Virus record (IMG/VR): IMGVR_UViG_3300033066_001173
Span: 4,880 to 68,879 of that record
Length of the DNA: 64,000 bases
Origin: a virus
Taxonomy: Duplodnaviria; Caudoviricetes
Strand: one strand, 5' to 3'
Shown: one piece after another, positions 57,322 through 64,000 of the stretch
How the letters are laid out: each line of letters begins with the position of its first letter
How positions within the stretch are numbered: position 1 is the first letter of the stretch
Program-made: the position numbers and the translations under genes
The notes under the pieces: model-generated
What the model was told of the DNA's origin: nothing
Database searches by the model: none
Seen by the model: the letters and a program-made list of their open reading frames with translations, nothing else

Positions 57322-57504
57322 TCATTTTTTTATGTAAGCTGAATTATATTTTAGAGCGCTTTCGCTTATTATTGTTAGTCTGCCCTTTTGAAATTGAGCC
57401 TCTGCTTTTAATTGGGATTTCTTAAACTGCATTAATCCAGCCGGACCTCTTAATATTTCTTGAGACTTTCCATTATACCAATAGATTAAAATATATGTTT
57501 TCAT
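57322..57504 (-). CDS. Hypothetical early protein
   Basis: 60 aa with an A-rich leader. Confidence 0.6.
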   Translation of the reverse strand: MKTYILIYWYNGKSQEILRGPAGLMQFKKSQLKAEAQFQKGRLTIISESALKYNSAYIKK

Positions 57505-57509
57505 GGTAT

Positions 57510-57662
57510 TTATTTTTGGTTTATATGTATTTTAGCTAGCTCCAATATCAACGGCAAAAGTATTTCAGTTGGCTGTTGGTTTATGTTAACGCATTTTGCC
57601 ACAGCTGTTGCGGCGTCTACTATTGAGTTCCATTTTTTTAATGATTCTTCTCGCTGATTCAT
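57510..57662 (-). CDS. Small early protein (50 aa, not in the ORF track)
   Basis: MNQREESLKKWNSIVDAATAVAKCVNINQQPTEILLPLILELAKIHINQK; fills the gap exactly. Confidence 0.55.
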   Translation of the reverse strand: MNQREESLKKWNSIVDAATAVAKCVNINQQPTEILLPLILELAKIHINQK

Positions 57663-57673
57663 ATAGTTTGGTT

Positions 57674-57877
57674 TTAAAGCGTTGAAATATTGCTGTTAGC
57701 CCAGGATAATATATCATTTAAGTGAGTAGCATCCTTAAAACAGGTGCCTATTAATGGTAATTTATTCGACCCCTTAAATATATGAGCGAACAGCCCGTAA
57801 TTATCATTTGTTATCCTTTGACTTATTTTAACTCTGTAAGTTACGTCTCTGTGTTTTATTATTCTTACGGTTTTCAT
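57674..57877 (-). CDS. Hypothetical early protein downstream of hammerhead 2
   Basis: 67 aa. Confidence 0.6.
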   Translation of the reverse strand: MKTVRIIKHRDVTYRVKISQRITNDNYGLFAHIFKGSNKLPLIGTCFKDATHLNDILSWANSNISTL

Positions 57878-57892
57878 GGTGCGTTGGGATTT

Positions 57893-57944
57893 GGTTTATA
57901 CTCCCCTAAGGGAGTTTCACGGATTAACCGATCTTCAGTAAACC
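57893..57944 (-). ncRNA. Type I hammerhead ribozyme, copy 2
   Basis: GGUUUA-CUGAAGA-U CGG uuaau CCG U-GAAA-C UCCC uuag GGGA G-UA/-UAAACC. Core and all three stems present; predicted cut between 57899 and 57898; U-U at the base of stem II is atypical. Confidence 0.8.
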
Positions 57945-57952
57945 TTTTAAAA

Positions 57953-58309
57953 TTAATACTGTATTTTTTCTATTTTACCCCCAAACATTCTGGCTTTTTT
58001 AATTGCCTCTCCCCTGGTATATTCGAACACTTCATTGTATGGCTCTCCAAGCCTCCCTAAATAGCCACCGAATATTTGATTTTTTTTAGCCGTATGCCCT
58101 TTTAATAAACGTACACGGTACATATCTTTTGGTTTAAATTCTGTTATTCCTGCGGCTTCTAATAATTCAATATCATTTGCATCAATAAATTTAGATAACG
58201 ATTGAAGTTCAATTAATTCGCCGTAGCTTATGCATTGGCCTCTTAGTTCTTTTCTAAGATATTCTAGCCTGTTTTGTATTTTTCTAGTATTAATTTTTGT
58301 TGTTTTCAT
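57953..58309 (-). CDS. Hypothetical early protein flanked by two hammerheads
   Basis: 118 aa; RLEYLRKEL...ISYGELIELQSL...DIELLEAAG. Confidence 0.75.
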   Translation of the reverse strand: MKTTKINTRKIQNRLEYLRKELRGQCISYGELIELQSLSKFIDANDIELLEAAGITEFKPKDMYRVRLLKGHTAKKNQIFGGYLGRLGEPYNEVFEYTRGEAIKKARMFGGKIEKIQY

Positions 58310-58324
58310 GTTATTAGGTTTTTT

Positions 58325-58381
58325 GGGTTTGACGGGGGAGCTATTCCCCCGTTTCGGCTATTTAAGCCTCTTCAGAAACCC
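58325..58381 (-). ncRNA. Type I hammerhead ribozyme, copy 1
   Basis: GGGUUU-CUGAAGA-GGCU uaaau AGCC-GAAA-C GGGGGA auagc UCCCCC G-UC/-AAACCC. Canonical core with a GUC site; predicted cut between 58331 and 58330. Confidence 0.92.
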
Positions 58382-58383
58382 TT

Positions 58384-59253
58384 TTACCATTTTAGTTGTA
58401 TTGCTAGAGCCTTTATTTCGCTAATCTTAATAACGTGGCACCCTATTGTTATTTTTTCAGTATCCAGGCTCTTTACTTCATAATCCATTATCTTGTATTT
58501 GCACTCTCCTTCGCACCCTCCCAGTACAAGTGTATTAAGAATCCAAGTAAAAGCCCTTTTTGCTATTTCGGTCGGTATTTCTACGCCTTGACTAGTTTCT
58601 ACTCTTTTGCCATTGTGCCTTAAATAATCAACATTCTCGTTTCGGCTGTATAGCCTTTCTCCTTTGCCGGCTCTCCATTTATCTAGGCTTTCAAAGTGCA
58701 TTTTTAATGCTTCCTTTTCTCTTTTTATCCTTTCTTTGTTAATTCGTGCACTTTCTTTCTTTAAATATTCAGAGTATTTTCCACTCTCTGCTTTTTTAAT
58801 TATGTTTTTAATGTTCGCAGGAACCTTGATACCAAAAAATTTGCAGTACTTGATACATTCATTGAAAAAGTAGTTTGCCGGATTAATATATTTCTCAGGC
58901 TTTTTAGCCGTTGCCAGTCCGCTTAATTCTCCTTTTATTGCATCAAAGTATTTCTCCAGGTTAATTATGTGTCCTTCGCCTGGGCAATAGCACAGTATTT
59001 TATTGAGGTGATTTATAGACCTGTCGACTATTCCTATTTGTTTTGCTGTGGTATTGCCATATTTACGGAAAGTAAAAAGAACAGCATTGTCACCTCTTTT
59101 ATTAGTAACATGTTTTGCTATTGGGAAATGCGCCCCGTAGCTGAAGATGGTATTACCTGTGAAATAAAAGTTTCCGCCGGCGTTTCTTCCCTCTTGTTGA
59201 ATTTGATTAGCCCACATGTGAGCTACATCATCCTTTTTAAATACTAGTTTCAT
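58384..59253 (-). CDS. Conserved-looking phage early protein
   Basis: 289 aa; IFSYGAHFPIA...YGNTTAKQ motif; function unknown. Confidence 0.7.
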   Translation of the reverse strand: MKLVFKKDDVAHMWANQIQQEGRNAGGNFYFTGNTIFSYGAHFPIAKHVTNKRGDNAVLFTFRKYGNTTAKQIGIVDRSINHLNKILCYCPGEGHIINLEKYFDAIKGELSGLATAKKPEKYINPANYFFNECIKYCKFFGIKVPANIKNIIKKAESGKYSEYLKKESARINKERIKREKEALKMHFESLDKWRAGKGERLYSRNENVDYLRHNGKRVETSQGVEIPTEIAKRAFTWILNTLVLGGCEGECKYKIMDYEVKSLDTEKITIGCHVIKISEIKALAIQLKW

Positions 59254-59279
59254 GGTTTTGGGTTTTAAGGGTTAATATT

Positions 59280-59322
59280 ATTTTGTATTGGGTACTTCCT
59301 TTCGGTTTCCCCTCCACAAAAC
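59280..59322 (-). ncRNA. Intergenic hairpin with loop-E (bulged-G) motif and GAAA tetraloop
   Basis: UUUUGU..GGG-GAAA-CC-GAAA-GG-AAGUA-CCC..ACAAAA. Confidence 0.6.
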
Positions 59323-59326
59323 GTCT

Positions 59327-59719
59327 TTATACTGTTTCTTTGTTGTTTATCAATTCAATTAAGCTATTTATATCTAATTCCTCGTTTACGTACTCATCCA
59401 ACGCTGCATAAGCTAACTGGCTAATATTATTGATCTCTCCAAAATTATCAAAACAGGTAAAATCAGTAGAATTCAATTCCATTGCTATCTGAAAACAAGT
59501 ATAATAATAAATACATGCGTTATCTATGTCGCTATTTATATACTCTCTTATTCCGTCTTCATCCTCAATATTGCCGTTCTTAATCTCATTGATAATATCT
59601 AACTCCAAAGAGTTGATAAAATCATATTTATTAAATTCTGCTTTTTTGTTATTTCTAACTTCCTGTAATTGGCTTTCTAATCTCTCGATTTGTTGCGCCA
59701 TTTCTTTTTTAGTTTTCAT
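59327..59719 (-). CDS. Ocr-like acidic protein (putative DNA mimic, anti-restriction)
   Basis: IKNGNIEDEDGIREYINSDIDNACIYY aligns by eye with T7 gp0.3 [25 protein letters not shown]/E-rich; near the start of the early operon. Confidence 0.55.
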   Translation of the reverse strand: MKTKKEMAQQIERLESQLQEVRNNKKAEFNKYDFINSLELDIINEIKNGNIEDEDGIREYINSDIDNACIYYYTCFQIAMELNSTDFTCFDNFGEINNISQLAYAALDEYVNEELDINSLIELINNKETV

Positions 59720-59745
59720 TTTGCTAGTTTTTTTAAGTTATTAGG

Positions 59746-59886
59746 TTAGTTTAATCCTATTAAATTAGTTAGTGTTTCAGTACTACCGAACAGATGCCCG
59801 GTTAATACGTGGATGACTCCTTTAAATTCGAGTTCGTAGGTTCCTAGAACCTCGCTGAACTCTTTTGGGTTTAGATTGTTTAACAT
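59746..59886 (-). CDS. Small ORF at the head of the early operon (may be non-coding)
   Basis: 46 aa from ATG 59886; overlaps a hairpin and a duplicated leader. Confidence 0.35.
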   Translation of the reverse strand: MLNNLNPKEFSEVLGTYELEFKGVIHVLTGHLFGSTETLTNLIGLN

Positions 59887-59908
59887 GTTTTTTGGGTTTA
59901 GATTGTTT
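59863..59908. repeat. 19-nt direct repeat
   Basis: TTTTGGGTTTAGATTGTTT at 59863-59881 and 59890-59908. Confidence 0.9.
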
Positions 59909-59916
59909 CTACGCCT

Positions 59917-59947
59917 CAAAGATATGTCAACACTTGCAATAATGCAA
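59917..59947 (-). promoter_or_regulatory. Early promoter overlapped by a TTGCA-N4-TGCAA palindrome
   Basis: Minus strand TTGCATTATTGCAA-N9-TATCTTTG, the same geometry as 7723-7753. Confidence 0.75.
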
Positions 59948-60131
59948 GTATGTGAATGCATTGATATTACTGATGTTTGACAAAAGCAGATAAAACTCCG
60001 TGCTATCTAAATGTGTTGATTTTATTGATATCTCAGTGTGTATTGCAAATATGCAAGTGAAGTACAAATAAATCTTTTGCAAAAAATGCAAATAACCGCT
60101 GTATGTGCAGTAATATCAACGAAAAATAATT

Positions 60132-60383
60132 TTATTTATTCTCTAAAATATACTCCATGTGTAGTTTTTGGAAGTAGGAAAAGCCTAGTATGTGAGAATC
60201 TGTTGGTATTAAATACCTCCATCCAAACGTAGTATAATAAAAGAATAGTAAGTATTTCTTGTTGCTGTTGGATAGTATGGCATAGCCGGAGGCGTCGGTA
60301 AGCATTCCAAAGCCATCCACCTCCATTTGTTCCTTAAAGTCCTTTGCGGCTACCCTTTCAATACATATTCTTATATCGATCAT
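60132..60383 (-). CDS. Hypothetical protein
   Basis: 83 aa; ATGA-coupled to the HTH gene. Confidence 0.45.
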   Translation of the reverse strand: MIDIRICIERVAAKDFKEQMEVDGFGMLTDASGYAILSNSNKKYLLFFYYTTFGWRYLIPTDSHILGFSYFQKLHMEYILENK

Positions 60384-60592
60384 CGTATTATCTTTGAAAA
60401 CGTTATGTTATACCCCAGGGCTTCGATCAGCTCAATCAGCTTTGGAGCCATTAGGGCGTTTCTTCCCTTCATTGTGGCACAATAGTGCTGTGGACTCATC
60501 CCGACTATTCTAGCTAGCTTACGCTGAGTTATATTAAGTTCCTTGCGTGTATTCTCTATCTCTATTAGTACGTTTTTATATCCCATTGTCAA
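60380..60592 (-). CDS. XRE/Cro-family HTH regulator
   Basis: RKELNITQRKLARIVGMSPQHY...KGR...LIELIEALGY. Confidence 0.85.
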   Translation of the reverse strand: MTMGYKNVLIEIENTRKELNITQRKLARIVGMSPQHYCATMKGRNALMAPKLIELIEALGYNITFSKIIR

Positions 60593-60655
60593 GATTTATT
60601 ATATAACCCCTACTTTAGGGCTACAAAGTAACTTAATTTTATTATTCAAGCCAAA

Positions 60656-61135
60656 TTAAAGTATCTTTCTAAAGCCCATTAAACCGTATATCTCTTTTAA
60701 CTCTCTATCAATGCGATCAGTGAAGTAATTAGCTTTATACCATTTGAGCATTAACCGGCTATACTCTTCGCAGATCAAATAAGCCTTTGGGTCTAATATG
60801 TATCGCTTGGAAATGACCCCGCGTTTATTGCGCTTAAATTCTTTTATGATTAAATACCCCTTTTCAACCAGTCGACCCATCATTTCATATGTTCTGTTAG
60901 ACCTGTATTTATGTCCCAGCCATATACTAACCCGCTCCCCTGTTACATAGTTATACCGCACCCCCTCCCGAAGGGAGTCAAGCAAGTCAACCGAAGCCGA
61001 TATAATCTTTATTTCATGATCGCATAAATTAAATTTATCCCGCAATCCTTCAAACACTTTATATTGATTAGCTATGTAAGAAATATGAAACGATCTAAAA
61101 GCGTTAACAACCTCCAAACTATGTCTTGTCTTCAT
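60656..61135 (-). CDS. Winged-helix-like DNA-binding protein
   Basis: TYEMMGRLVEKGYLII...KRYILDPKA. Confidence 0.55.
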   Translation of the reverse strand: MKTRHSLEVVNAFRSFHISYIANQYKVFEGLRDKFNLCDHEIKIISASVDLLDSLREGVRYNYVTGERVSIWLGHKYRSNRTYEMMGRLVEKGYLIIKEFKRNKRGVISKRYILDPKAYLICEEYSRLMLKWYKANYFTDRIDRELKEIYGLMGFRKIL

Positions 61136-61486
61136 TTTTTAAGCGATTTTAAATGTTTTTAATGTATTACAGGTGAAAGATAGTGAAATGAATGGTAGCT
61201 ATTATTGCTTATTCTTTCTTGTTTAAACGAATTTAGGCGAATTATCTCGAATATTACCATGTCGACCATCCAAAATAAATAAAAGGTCGTTAAATCTAGC
61301 GTAAATAAGCTTAATCAATAGCGTTATTCTTGTCGGCTTACTCTGTCTTATAAAAATAATTATGTTAAATAGACCTCGTGGCATGCGATGTATATGACAC
61401 TTTGACCCCTCCCCTACCCTATCGATATTTTGCTTTAATGTTAATTTATCCCTCATTTTTATGTTATTATGCACATCAATTTATAT

Positions 61487-61723
61487 TTAGGATTTGATAA
61501 ATAGGTTATCTATCGTGTTCGTGATTAGGTTTGCATGCAATCGTTTGTGAATCAGAACCATAGAATACATGGGTACACGGTGCCGGAAAGTCGTTTTTGG
61601 TCTGAGTTTGGCGTAGGCGTCTGAATATCGGTAATCACCCACCTTCATTCGCTCGCACCTCCCTATGCATTTCTTACACAAGAATGCCATTATCACACCG
61701 TATAGACAAATGATTATCAGCAT
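61487..61723 (-). CDS. Possible hypothetical protein
   Basis: CKKC..RC motif; start and frame uncertain. Confidence 0.3.
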   Translation of the reverse strand: MLIIICLYGVIMAFLCKKCIGRCERMKVGDYRYSDAYAKLRPKTTFRHRVPMYSMVLIHKRLHANLITNTIDNLFIKS

Positions 61724-61774
61724 ATTAGTGTTTTTTACCTATTAAAAGGTTCATTGTTTGTGTGGTTTGTATTT

Positions 61775-61990
61775 TCAAAAATTCGAAGAGATTGGGCGGA
61801 TCATTTGTAGTGTTTTAAGGGCCATAAGTATTTCTTTTATTTTCTGTTTGCATTCTGTGGTGTTTTCTTTTAGTATTACGCATGGAGTAACCTTTTGTTC
61901 TTTAAATGAATCTAGCATGTAGTCATTTTGTTTGTCGTACATGCTTAGGGTATCTAGTTCTTTTTTTAGTGTTAAGATTGCGTAGTTCAT
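61775..61990 (-). CDS. Hypothetical protein
   Basis: 71 aa; ATGA-coupled. Confidence 0.55.
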   Translation of the reverse strand: MNYAILTLKKELDTLSMYDKQNDYMLDSFKEQKVTPCVILKENTTECKQKIKEILMALKTLQMIRPISSNF

Positions 61991-62679
61991 TTTTCTAATA
62001 GATTTTCTGTTTTATCGTTTACGGAGTAGAAGAAGTCTATGTTGGTTATTTTTTCTAGGGAGTCAATTGAGATTTTGTTGTTTTGGAGTGGGTCTTGGGA
62101 TTCTTTATTTTCGAAGATATAGGCCCAGGATTTAGTTATTTCCTTGTTGATGAATGTGGCGTAGAAGTATTTTGGTATAGATATGCCTCCTGGGATTCTT
62201 TTGTTGTTTTCTCCCAGTATTGTTCCCTTTACGATGTAAAGAGCCTCCTCTTCAATTGCGGTAGTTCTTATGAAAGATTCAAGATGCTTCCAGATGCCTC
62301 TATTAAACTTCGGTGCCTGAGGAGAAATATTGGTCATTACGAAGGTTTCATCCATTGCTTTTTGTGAGTGATCCATGTCTTCTGCTGGGCATAGGTGTCC
62401 TCTATCGTAACCTGTTCCTGCGTAGTTATCGCTTGATGGAGTACAACTATTTAAAAGATCGTCTTCGTGGAAGTTGTTTCTTCTTTCTGCTTGTTCTTCT
62501 AGAACTTGATCTTTGGTTAATTTATAGTAAACCCATACAGGGCAATTATGCCTACAGTCGTAGGCTATTTTAAAATACCTGTGATCTAATAAAGATTCTG
62601 TAACGTCTATGCTTGGTAGATATTCTTTCTCTGGAGGCTGAAAGCAGAGTAACAATGGGATTAAATAAAGTATCTTCAT
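61987..62679 (-). CDS. Exported DNA/RNA non-specific endonuclease (NucA/Serratia type)
   Basis: YDRGHLCPA, FVMTNISPQ..KFNRGIWKHLE; N-terminal signal-like MKILYLIPLLLCF. Confidence 0.93.
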   Translation of the reverse strand: MKILYLIPLLLCFQPPEKEYLPSIDVTESLLDHRYFKIAYDCRHNCPVWVYYKLTKDQVLEEQAERRNNFHEDDLLNSCTPSSDNYAGTGYDRGHLCPAEDMDHSQKAMDETFVMTNISPQAPKFNRGIWKHLESFIRTTAIEEEALYIVKGTILGENNKRIPGGISIPKYFYATFINKEITKSWAYIFENKESQDPLQNNKISIDSLEKITNIDFFYSVNDKTENLLEK

Positions 62680-62846
62680 TTTTTTGTTATTGCTTTAGCG
62701 AATGCTTTGTGGTACTCTATGTCGACTTTTGGAACTTCAATCATAGGGTATTTATGCTTCATTCTCCAGTAGTTTGTTTCAACTAACGTATCGTATTCTT
62801 TCTGAGAAAGATCGTAGTATTCTTTGTATTTTTCACTGTTATCCAT
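62676..62846 (-). CDS. Small protein (56 aa, not in the ORF track)
   Basis: MDNSEKYKEYYDLSQKEYD...; overlaps both neighbours at start/stop junctions. Confidence 0.55.
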   Translation of the reverse strand: MDNSEKYKEYYDLSQKEYDTLVETNYWRMKHKYPMIEVPKVDIEYHKAFAKAITKK

Positions 62847-63154
62847 TAGGCCTGGGCAATTGGTTTTTTTAATCCTGTTTTTATTGTTTCTTCCGGAGAC
62901 ATTTTTAAAACTTCATCGAATATAGGTCCGGCTATGTCCATAGGAATTTCGCTAGTAGCTAATACTGTTTGTATAAACTTTCCTTGAATTTCTCCTGCTT
63001 TTTTCAAGATAGAGTGGACAAACTTAGTTCGATCTTTATAGTCGTGCTTTTTATACTCTGCATGCTTTGGATCCAGCGCAGCTAGCATTAATACCACATG
63101 GAAGTAATCCCTTCTTATTTCTAGCAAGACGGACTTGAGGTTTTCGTTTGTCAT
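62846..63154 (-). CDS. Hypothetical protein
   Basis: 102 aa; translationally coupled. Confidence 0.55.
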   Translation of the reverse strand: MTNENLKSVLLEIRRDYFHVVLMLAALDPKHAEYKKHDYKDRTKFVHSILKKAGEIQGKFIQTVLATSEIPMDIAGPIFDEVLKMSPEETIKTGLKKPIAQA

Positions 63155-63528
63155 TGTTTTATTTTTGATTTATAATAATCTATTTTATCGATCAGCTCTA
63201 GTCGCTCTACTTTGTAGAAGAAATGCCTTTTGCACCTTAGCTTTTCCGAATAGCCTTCTGCGTGCTTTTTGTCTATTTCCTCTGCGAATTTAATAAGATT
63301 GCCAGAGTCAAACTGGTTGCAATTTATACACTGTAGATAAGCGTTTGTCTCATCCCACCTTGTAGCATACACCATCCTTGGCACATAGTGTCCGCAATCC
63401 ATTTTTCTGTAATCTCCAACCTTAGAACAGGTAATACACTTTCCTTTCCCGTTTTCGTCAGAATCCCTTTGTCGTATAAACAAAGAAAAAACACGGTCTA
63501 GCTCTTTTATTAATTCTGATAATTTCAA
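63151..63528 (-). CDS. ninG: NinG/Rap-like recombination endonuclease
   Basis: LDRVFSLFIRQRD, CITC, MDCGHY, TRWDETN..LQCINCN. Confidence 0.88.
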   Translation of the reverse strand: MKLSELIKELDRVFSLFIRQRDSDENGKGKCITCSKVGDYRKMDCGHYVPRMVYATRWDETNAYLQCINCNQFDSGNLIKFAEEIDKKHAEGYSEKLRCKRHFFYKVERLELIDKIDYYKSKIKQ

Positions 63529-63779
63529 AATGGAACGTCTTTGTCTTTTATTACTTCAATCGATACACTTATCCTTCCAGTTAATTGCTGTAATTGATAC
63601 ACAGATAATTTATCTCTTTTACACCGGTAGCCAATTTGATTTCCTACAGTTATTGGCGTCAATTTCTTAAATCCAAAATACCTTAAATCACTTTTAGATG
63701 GAAGGCGATACAATTCCTTTTCAAACCAGCCATATTGAAACCCCTTGTGCTCGAATCCATATTTAAAATAATACATCAT
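63525..63779 (-). CDS. Hypothetical protein
   Basis: FKYGF...YGWFEKELYRLP. Confidence 0.6.
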   Translation of the reverse strand: MMYYFKYGFEHKGFQYGWFEKELYRLPSKSDLRYFGFKKLTPITVGNQIGYRCKRDKLSVYQLQQLTGRISVSIEVIKDKDVPF

Positions 63780-63863
63780 TGTGTGCAAATGTGAGTATAA
63801 TTATTTATATATACAAGTGTTTTGTAAAATATATTTACCACATTGGTTTCGTATGTCTGCGAG

Positions 63864-64000
63864 TTACCTGCAATGCCTTTCGACACTTGCGATAGTATCG
63901 TGTATTGCTCCACCGTGAGAAAACAAACACACTTTTTCGACAGTAAAGCCACGACCTGCACCCATTGTATTTGAATGGTAGCCAAACGTAATTACTTTAC
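63864..64000 (-). CDS. C-terminus of a putative phage DNA methyltransferase-like protein (partial)
   Basis: Frame from 63998 reads KVITFGYHSNTMGAGRGF...HGGAIHDTIASVER; the N-terminus lies outside the window. Confidence 0.55.
   Translation of the reverse strand, partial: KVITFGYHSNTMGAGRGFTVEKVCLFSHGGAIHDTIASVERHCR

Noticed and set aside
59280-59322. c-di-GMP riboswitch or twister/pistol ribozyme reading of the GAAA hairpin
   Set aside because: It lacks the second stem and the conserved nucleotides of those classes; kept only as a loop-E hairpin.
61223-61474. Track ORF of 83 aa
   Set aside because: No motif, atypical composition and no clear coupling to neighbours; not supportable.
63776-63985. 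Track ORF of 69 aa
   Set aside because: It overlaps the methyltransferase-like frame, which has a recognisable motif; this ORF has none.
1-64000. Window as a complete circular genome
   Set aside because: Both ends cut through different genes (a membrane protein at 1, a methyltransferase-like gene at 64000) that do not join into one sensible frame.
1-64000. Stop-codon recoding as in some crAss-like phages
   Set aside because: Long conserved genes are uninterrupted in the standard code, and TAA, TAG and TGA all end genes at sensible junctions.
1-64000. CRISPR array, tRNA genes, integrase, reverse transcriptase/DGR
   Set aside because: No regularly spaced repeats, cloverleaf, recombinase or RT motifs were seen by eye; a tRNAscan run is still advisable.

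Overview
The window is most of the genome of a lytic-looking tailed phage of a Bacteroidota host. About 16 intergenic copies of the Bacteroidota TAnnTTTG (-7) promoter box, often with a TTTG/TTGC -33 box, and A-rich leaders without Shine-Dalgarno sites support the host call. Layout: (1) leftward glycan-modification cluster (two-domain glycosyltransferase, two methyltransferases, Stealth-like phosphotransferase, NUMOD4-HNH) followed by DnaB; (2) rightward podovirus-type virion module with crAss-like gene order (tandem-GroES protein, TerL with a LAGLIDADG intein, portal, scaffold, MCP, fibres, ring proteins, muzzle-like protein, cargo proteins); (3) lysis cassette; (4) rightward recombination and chaperone module (YqaJ exonuclease, RecT, DUF3127 SSB-like, VRR-NUC, GroES, GroEL, cyclic-phosphate-processing receiver domain); (5) leftward early region of small genes. 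The strongest unexpected signal is in the early region. Two complete type I hammerhead ribozymes flank a single gene, and each would leave a 21-nt leader before the next AUG. A loop-E/GNRA hairpin sits in the next intergenic slot, directly after an Ocr-like acidic gene. No tRNA, CRISPR array, integrase, DNA polymerase or virion RNA polymerase was seen. All assignments come from reading motifs by eye; no searches were run.
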